64,000 bases of DNA from Octopus vulgaris (taxonomy: Eukaryota). Each line of letters begins with the position of its first letter. The stretch's first letter is position 1. Location of the stretch: NCBI GenBank assembly GCA_951406725.2, contig OX597832.1, positions 60,512,001 to 60,576,000 of the forward strand, written 5' to 3'. Position numbers and translations under genes: made by a program. Under the pieces are notes generated by a model. The model ran no database searches and was not told where the DNA came from. It worked only from the letters and a program-made list of their open reading frames with translations. This document shows, one piece after another, positions 55,551 to 64,000 of this stretch.

Positions 55551-57102
55551 CACACATTCTCACCCACACACCCTTAACAAGCCTGGAAATCTGGGACAGT
55601 TTATAAAGACAGTAGAAAAAGGGGAAGATTAAACAAATGCCCACCACCATCAGTGTGTTTATGTGAGTGTGAATTTGTGTGTGCCTGTGCACATGTGAAT
55701 GTGTGTATGTTGTCAACATCATCTACATTTTCATTTTAACATTTTTGGGGATGGGATCCAATGGGTTAAGATGGAGGAGAGAGAGAGAGAAGGGGGAAGG
55801 ACAGAAAGGGAGAAAGAGTGATAGAGAGAGAATGGTAGACAGGAGAGAAGAGGGAGATATTTATAGAGGGATGGAAGACATACACACAAACACAAGAGAT
55901 AAATAGAAGAAGTGCACAAGCACTCTCACAAGCCCATGTCTTGTAGGCAGACAAAGAAGAGAACGTTTTTATCTGCCATAACTTCAGTGAGATAACAGTT
56001 TCTGTGTTTCTATCATACTTGGTTTCCATAGAATATATCTCATAATAGGGGAACAATAGAAAGAATGAAAGAAAAGGTTCAGGGGGCCTAGAAAGGGGCT
56101 AAGTGGTAGTGGTGGTATAAACAACATGGTTATATCAGTACTGATAATGGTTGTTGTTGTTGTTATTTGATTAACACCCATTTAATGTATGTAGCCTATT
56201 TCTCATTTTTTAAATTTTAAATGATAATGTGTGATGTGAGTTGAGGGACATTTGGTTGCTATTTCTAACAAGTTACACAACAATGTATACCTCACCACCA
56301 ATCAATCATGGTACAGCAGATCTGTAACCAAACGCACTCCAATAATGACCATCTAGTCTTTTGCAAGAATTAAATTATACGTTGCGCCCTTTTCTGTATA
56401 GGTTTTTAAGACAAAGAGGCAGTAGAGTTTCCATGGAATTTGGTTGGTGGTATTTGTCATAAATCAAGCAACAGTGCTGTGACATAGCTTCTTGGTTTGG
56501 AATGAAAGTATTTAAGATGTTAGTAAATAACCCAAGAATCTGAACAAAAAACAGGATAAGTGGAAGAAATGAGGGTGATGGGAGGTCAAGTAAAACAGTG
56601 TGGAAACATGATATCAGTGTCATGAAAGAACTGTGAGGGAACAAACTACTACAAGACATTTAACCACATACTCCACACATACACCACCAGAATACTTAGT
56701 ACCAAACTTATCTTCAACAGATGAATGGATAGAAATGGAAGAAGTTATGTGGTATGTTACATTCTAGCTTAGTTGTTGTTATTTAGAGCCAAAGAGGCCT
56801 TCCAATGGTTTTTCTTTATTTTTCACCAGTGACATTGTCATCATCTTCATCGTAAGAACAATATCCAAAATGTCCACTAAAAGGACGAAAGGCAAATGTG
56901 ACTTTGGCTGGAGTTGAACACACAAAGTCAGAACAAATACTATGTAACATTTTGCCTGATGCTCTAACAGATCTGCTAATTCTCAACTACATTACACACA
57001 CACATGCTTATGAATATATACATGAATATATGCAAACACATATACGCACAAGCAAAGATGTCTGTACACACAAACATCCATTTGCTCTTTCTCTCTTTGT
57101 TA

Positions 57103-57134
<32 letters not shown>

Positions 57135-57714
57135 TACCATCTGCCCATTAATGACCAAGAGTTATACATAATTGATTATCCAATCAAGGTGTATTTTTCC
57201 AGCCAACCCTACCTTGTTTTTCCTTCATCATCATTATTATCATCATCAACATCATATCATCATCATCATTATGAAAGAGACAGTGTGGGGTATAATAAAA
57301 GTATGGAGGGAAAGGCAGAGACACACAGACAGAGACATGCAGAAAGTAAGAAAGTGAAGAGACCCAAGAAACTAATTTGAGGAAATGAAAGAAAAGATGA
57401 AGTAAAGGGAGCAATTATTATTACTGCTATTATTAATAATATTATTATTATTATTATTATATTATTATTATTATCATTATTCTTATTGATCAGATTTATA
57501 ATGAAAGTCTAGAAAAGATCAATTATCATGATCATCATCATCGTCATCAAAAATCGGTATTATTAACATTAATTTTAATATTATTATGTTATAAATCAAT
57601 ACTTTGATGAGAGAAAACAACATATTCACATCATCATCATCATTGCTGTTGTTCTTGTGTCAGTGGGGAGGTAGGAAATGTAAATCAGTGGCATGCATGA
57701 ACTTTCTTCCATCA

Positions 57715-58122
57715 TCATCCTTGTTTAACGTCCGTTTTCCATGCTGGCATGGGTTTGACGGTTTGACTAAGGACTGGTGAGCCAGAAGGTTGCACCAGGC
57801 TCAATCTGATCTGGCAAAGTTTCTACAGCTGGATGCCCTTCTTAATGCCAACCACTCCAAGAGTGTAGTGGGTACATTTATGTGCCACCAGCATGAAGGC
57901 CAGTCAGGTGGTTCTGGCAATGACCATGCTCAAAAGGTGGTTTTTATGTGCTACCTGCACGAGAGCCAGTCCAGGGGCACTGGCAACAACCACGCTTGAA
58001 TGTTGTTTTTCACGTGCCAGTAAGGCAACACTGGCAATGATCACGCTTGAATGGTGCTTTTTACATGCTACTGGCACAGGAGCCAATCCATGGCCCTGGC
58101 AACAATCACGCTTGGATGTGCT
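57715..58122. repeat. Interspersed repeat with ~65-bp internal tandem units (about 4 copies)
   Basis: TTTTA(C/T)GTGC...GCCAGT...CTGGCAA(T/C)(G/A)A(T/C)CA(C/T)GCT repeated; the flank TTTTCCATGCTGGCATGG is shared in reverse orientation with ~21490-21580 and ~60250-60385. Confidence 0.7.
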
Positions 58123-58359
58123 TTGAAAAAAAAAAAAAAAAAATCAAGAATGGTCATGGAAAAGGATCAATTGTAACTGATACCTGGCCTTCTCCTCCAA
58201 CTGAAATTAAGATCCTCATAAAATTAACACCTATGTAAAAAGTACTTGCAGTGGTGCCATGTGAAAAGCACTCAGTAAAGTGGTTGATGTTAAGAACAGC
58301 ATCCAGCTGTAGAAACCATGCCAAAACAGACCATAGGACCTGGTGCGGCTACTATATTG

Positions 58360-58540
58360 TTAGCAGGCTGGATAAAATGCTTTGCAACATTTATGTTCTG
58401 AGTTCAAATTCTACAAAGGTCAATTTAGCCTTTCGTGCTTTCTGGGATGATTAAATAAGTACTAGTTGAGCACTGGGGTTGATGTAATTGACTATCCCCA
58501 ACTCCCAAATTGTTGGTCTTGTGCCAAAATTTGAAACCAT
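58360..58540 (+). mobile_element. SINE, plus orientation
   Basis: GTTCTGAGTTCAAATTC...AATAAGTACTAG...CACTGGGGTTGATG...GTGCCAAAATTTGAAACC. Confidence 0.8.
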
Positions 58541-59279
58541 CATAGACCCATTTTAAGCCAAACAAGACAAATAGATGGAAACAAAATGAAAGAAAACTTA
58601 CATTTCAGCAGCAAAAAATGACCCTAATTTCTTTCAAGGATGGTAGGATCAAGCAGACCTATTGTGGGAGAGTGTCAGAGATGGTGAAGGATTTTTAATA
58701 TCACAACAACCACCATCATAGCCTAACAAACAAGCCCAGATTGTTTTTTGCTTGCATTTTTAATTTTTGTAAAAAGCAGTCTTTAAGATTGTGTGTCAAA
58801 GAAACAAGTTTTAAAAAGCCCCTCCCTTCTAAAAAAAAAAATTTTTTTTTACCAAACTTGGCCCATCTGTTTTTTGGTTCTGGGATAATGGGGTGGATAT
58901 TTTGTAGTGTTTACTTTTTTAATATTCTTATTCATTTTTATATCATCATCATCATCGTTGTCATCTTATTATGATTATTACTTCCCACACTAATAGCAAC
59001 ATTTGTTTTTAACTTAATTCTCCCTTCAGAAATTAGGTTAATTAACCACAAGCAACAATCCCTCACTGCCACCCCACCTCTTCTGCTTCAGTAAAAATGA
59101 AACCCCCACACCACCCTCACACACACATACCATAACAATTCTTTAAAGAAGTATATCTATTTTTAAAGTTCCAAAGTTTGGTTAGGTAAGGTTTGTGTGG
59201 TTTGCTAAGGATGGTCATACACTTCCCATTTACAATGCCATTTTGTCTCGCACTCTAAAAATTCCACAATATACCACAC

Positions 59280-59314
<35 letters not shown>

Positions 59315-59324
59315 TGATAATGAT

Positions 59325-59860
59325 TCCAAATTTTGGCACAAGGCCAGCAATTACATCAACCCTCAGTGCTCAACTGGTACTTATTTTATCAACCCCAAAA
59401 TGATGAATAGTAAAGTCATTTTCGGTGGCATTTGAATTCAGAATATGTAAAGGCAGACAGAATGTCGCTAAGCATCTTGCCCAGGGTGCTAACAATTCTG
59501 TCAGCTCACCACCTTAATAATCATGCCTTATGTTGGCAGACAGTCAGCAGCTTAGAGAGTAGGGAGTCTAGTCAGTCTAACTGACCTCAATATTAAACTA
59601 ATACTTTATGGACTTCAAAGCTGGCTTTCATGGGATTCGAACTCAGAATGTAAAGAGCTGAAAGAAATGCAGTAAGGAACTACCAAATTACCAGGCCATT
59701 TATAATGATTTCTAACAAAGGCATAAGTCTGGTGGAAATTGGTAAAAAAGGGAAAAGTCAATTAAATCAGCCCTAAGAGTTTACTTATTTTATCAAAACC
59801 TGAAGAATGGCAGCTAAGTTAATCCAAACAGAATTTGAACTTATAAAGTGCAGGGAACCA
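59325..59860 (-). mobile_element. Three tandem SINE copies
   Basis: TTTTGGCACAAGGCCAGC...TTTGAATTCAGAA unit plus two more degenerate copies, after (AAT)n. Confidence 0.75.
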
Positions 59861-61263
59861 AATGTGTCAGCTCTTGGTCACTGAGAACCCATGCTATTGC
59901 AATGTGTTTATAGTAGTTTGGAAAATAAAGGATCAATGCCATTTGTTTCTAAATTGATTATCTCCAGTGATCATAACAGTATCTTTAATAAATGAACCTG
60001 AAAGAGAAGGGAAACGTTATGGAGAAGTGGAACATGATGAAATGAGAAGAGAGTAGATTGATATGGTGTAAGTATATGATAGAGACGGCTAAAGGGACCA
60101 AACCAAGGGAAGGGCACCAAAGAAAAACATAAAATAGGATAAAAGGTTAAAAGATGGTCTCATATATGTATCTGCGTGTGTGTGTGTTTGTTATTTGGCA
60201 ACCTCACTAGAGCTGATGGCATGAAGAATACACTCCATATACACTATAAAGTTGTTGGCATTAGGATGGATATCCAACAGTAGAAACCATGCCAAATCTG
60301 ATACAGGAGCCTAGTGTAGCCACGTGGGTGGCCAAATACTGCCACATTGTCCAGACCATGCCAGCATGGAAAACAGACATTAAATGTTGATATATATTTA
60401 TATATATTCACAGGAAAAACAAGTATGGATTCTCCTTCCATATATATTTTTTGCTTGATTGTATATTTTCAGAGTGGGTTGAAGGGAAGGATAGGATATA
60501 AATAAAAAAGATAATCACAGAATACTTTCAATTACAAACATCTAATAATTTACTGACACTCACACATTTATACAAATATATGAAATACAAGAAAAAATAA
60601 TTTGAACAAAAAAGAGAAATTTACAAAAGTTTCCTGAACTCCAATTAATCCACACAAACATATAGATAACAACAAACAAACACTAATTACTTATTAATAT
60701 TAATTTTTTAAAATATATATATTACTTCTATTAGTTGGTTTGTTTTTAGCAAGAAGCATGCAAGTGAAAGCTGAACAAAAGTTATGAAATTGTGGGAGAA
60801 AGAGAGCAAGAGGGAAGAAGAGAGAGTGAGAGAAGGAAAGAGAGAGAGAGAGAGCACAGAAGACAGAGAGAGAGAGAGAGAGAGGAAGAGAGATAAAGGG
60901 AGTGAATTGTTAATAACTACAACCATTAATGAAAGGGGAGAGGAATATACACTACCTTTCCATAATTCAAACTTGCCTGGGTCATAACATGCAGTGGATG
61001 AAACAAAGGAATTTTGTTAAAATAGCAATTAGATAAACAAAACATACATATACTTACTTACATTCATACATATATGCATGCATACATACGTACTTATAAA
61101 TATATACCTTACAGATGTATGGGTGTTATATATGTATATGAATATATACATATAAATATATCTGTACATATGTGCATATATGTATTCATATATGCACGTA
61201 CACACACACAAATATATACGCATACAAGCACTGTCAACTGTACAAACATACACGCACACACAC

Positions 61264-61314
<51 letters not shown>

Positions 61315-62673
61315 AGCATGTATAGAGCCATAAAATGAAGAGAAGCAAATAAAATGGAGAGGCAGCAAGCTGCAAGTTTCATGAATGTATATATACATAT
61401 ATAGAAGTATATAGACATATGTGAGTAAATGTATTTACAATAATTTATTTGTACGTTTTCATGTTTAAACACTAATATAATTTCTGGTTTTCTCTATTGA
61501 CTTTTTATTATTTTTTTTTTATAAAATTTATTCTTGGGTTGAAGTTGTTCTACTTTTAAAAATATATTCTCAAGACATATTTGAAGATTTAGATTGGAAT
61601 ACAAATATGGAAAAAAACACACACACACGGAGTTGTACATACATAATGAATATGCAATAAATATTGCATATATATATATATATATATGTATGTAAGCCAA
61701 ACACAAAAATATATTTAGCTAAAATAAACACACACACACACACACAACTATGTGTGTGCATATGTGTATGTGTAAAAAATAAAATTTCATTATATATGTT
61801 AATACAACTTGACAGGATTAAGAATCTGTATGTAAAACAAAATAATATAAAGCAAAAACACATGAACAAAAATGTCCTATGGATTTTTTTAAAAGCCCTT
61901 TATAAAGATTTAACAGAAGACGAGGTGGCATTCATACTTCAAAAAAAAAAAAAAGTTAAATTAGTGCATACAAGAATCTCAAAATATTTCAGCAAACTGT
62001 TAAAGAAGAGAGACACAGCTGAAACACTGTGTTTGCTAAATGAGCCAGAATTGCTGAGTAGATCAAAGATCATGAGTCAACAAACAGGATGGAATTTTTA
62101 GCCAATGCTAAGCAGCAACAAAACATCAAAAATGCAAATGTCTGCAAAAGCAGACAGAAACTGCAGTGAAAAACACAAAAAATTTATATCCTTGTCAACA
62201 GGGCAAACTCTTGAAAGGTGAGCAAATAGATCCACAAATAATATCACATCAGCTTGTTAGGTGGGTTGTAATAGTAATCTAGAAAGTACAGCCTTATCAA
62301 AGCCAGTGTCACACCGAATCTACCTGGAAATTAATTATTTGTGCACGTTTCCAGACAACGCTTCATTACTTACATCCTAATCTAGGAGTATATAATTTGG
62401 TTGGTCAATCAATTGAATCAATTGCTGAATGGTGTGGACCCACCTAATGCATATAATATAAGAACTCCAGACTAACCAAAGAGCAAATTAAGGAAATAAA
62501 AATTATGCATGTGGTTATCACCACTAATGGCCATGTAAATCAGGTGTTGAGCATAAAAGAGAGAGAGAATGGAACAGTCTAAAAATAAATACTGGGGTTG
62601 ATTTGTTTGACTAGAATCTTTCAAGATTGAGTTTTAACACTGTCACAGTCAAATGCCAGAAACAAGTACATAA

Positions 62674-62744
<71 letters not shown>

Positions 62745-62747
<3 letters not shown>

Positions 62748-62892
62748 TCTCCTTGTTTTTTCTGTGTCCCTTTCTATAGAAGAGTGTAGGCTCGAAACGT
62801 AACAGACTTTCTATTCCTGAGCGTTATACTAATACATCTGTTTTTGTTTTGTACACCACCTGTCTTCGTCTTTTGTTTTTTTCGTAAACTCT

Positions 62893-62897
<5 letters not shown>
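62745..62897 (+). mobile_element. Short element between (TA)n arrays with a degenerate minimal hammerhead (62770-62808)
   Basis: CUAUAGA-A-GAGU GUAG GCUC-GAAA-CG-UA; stem II and GAAACGUA present, CUGANGA box altered. Confidence 0.5.
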
Positions 62898-62926
<29 letters not shown>

Positions 62927-63009
62927 GTTAGAAAAGATTTGCTCAAGATGCTGTATACAGGAACTTGAGCAAAAACTTATGTAGCTTTGAAGTGCCTTAT
63001 ATCTACATA

Positions 63010-63060
<51 letters not shown>

Positions 63061-64000
63061 ATTATACACGTGTGTGTGTGTGAATGACGAAATGATACAT
63101 ATATCTGATTTAATGCAGACTTTTGAATCAAATTACACACAAGTGAGAAAAACACTCTTGATCATATAATTAACACGACAGACACTTCTATGCCTACTCA
63201 TAGTTCATGAGTTCATACTCAGAGGTCTTGAGCTATGCAACAGAGCACACATAACCTCACTGGTCACCTCCACACACACTTCAATAACACTAGCTTTTGG
63301 CTTTTCTTTCTTCACTACTTCCTCTCTCCCTCTATGGCTATATCCTTGTTTGTTGTACCGTCTCCCCACATGTGTGTGTGTGTTATTTTTTTTTCTCTCT
63401 CTCACTTTATGTTTGTCACTATCACTCCTTAATTCTAATTTAAGAAGCTAATTAGACGAACATATACAAGTGTATAGGATGCACTGTTATAGAATAACCA
63501 AGATAGTTTCTCGAGACACTTGAAAGAACCAACAGGCCAAACAAATCAACAACTGACAACTAAGAGTGTATACAGAAGTCAGAAAAAAAAAAAAACATGG
63601 AAGAAAGAAGGGGAGAAAAAAAAAAAGGAAGAATGCTGAAAAGAAAGAAATTACTCAAAATGAAGACGAGAAAGGAAAGGAATTTACATGAATGAGTAAA
63701 TAAAGTGAAGTAATGCAAGTAAATGAAGTGAACATACGATGATTATTGCCATCATCGTTATCGTCATTGACAACAACATCAAAATGAAGAAAGAAAAATA
63801 GATCAATGTCAAAAACGAAACTAATAAGCATACAAAACAAGAACCTTTATTACTACAACTAATATTACATAGTAGAGACCAAAATAGTAGCAGTATTATT
63901 GCTGGTTAAAAGTGCATGGTACCAAACTTAATCTCAGAGCAGATGGTTAGCGAGGAAACCTTAGGTGAAGAGGTGAACAACATGAATGACAGTGAACACT

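Noticed and set aside
49300-64000. Search for ZnF1/2 exons and promoter
   Set aside because: No WLTLEVCREF or CKYLHPP-type coding segment found by eye; they probably lie beyond the window.

Overview
AT-rich, microsatellite-dense eukaryotic DNA. The SINE and LINE families resemble those of a coleoid cephalopod, probably Octopus; this is an inference. The window is an internal part of a large minus-strand muscleblind (Mbl/MBNL) gene. Three coding exons are supported: ~49248-49192 (linker, ...YPTVIPGQFPVL), 31983-31792 (APPY...KVTRADRLE) and 12286-12044 (CCCH zinc fingers 3 and 4). They are separated by introns of ~17.2 and ~19.5 kb. I did not find the ZnF1/2 exons or a clear C-terminal exon. 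The introns carry SINEs, decayed CR1/RTE LINE pieces, piggyBac- and hAT-type MITEs and simple repeats; nearly all listed ORFs are repeat artefacts. The main observations are: (1) a 126-bp near-perfect palindrome at 29871-29996 that encodes a type-I hammerhead-ribozyme motif on both strands, with further decayed hammerhead motifs elsewhere; (2) a dense YGCY (MBNL-site) cluster just after the ZnF3/4 donor; (3) several candidate micro- and terminal exons that would change zinc-finger number; (4) long intronic hairpins and inverted SINE pairs that could be ADAR or back-splicing substrates.
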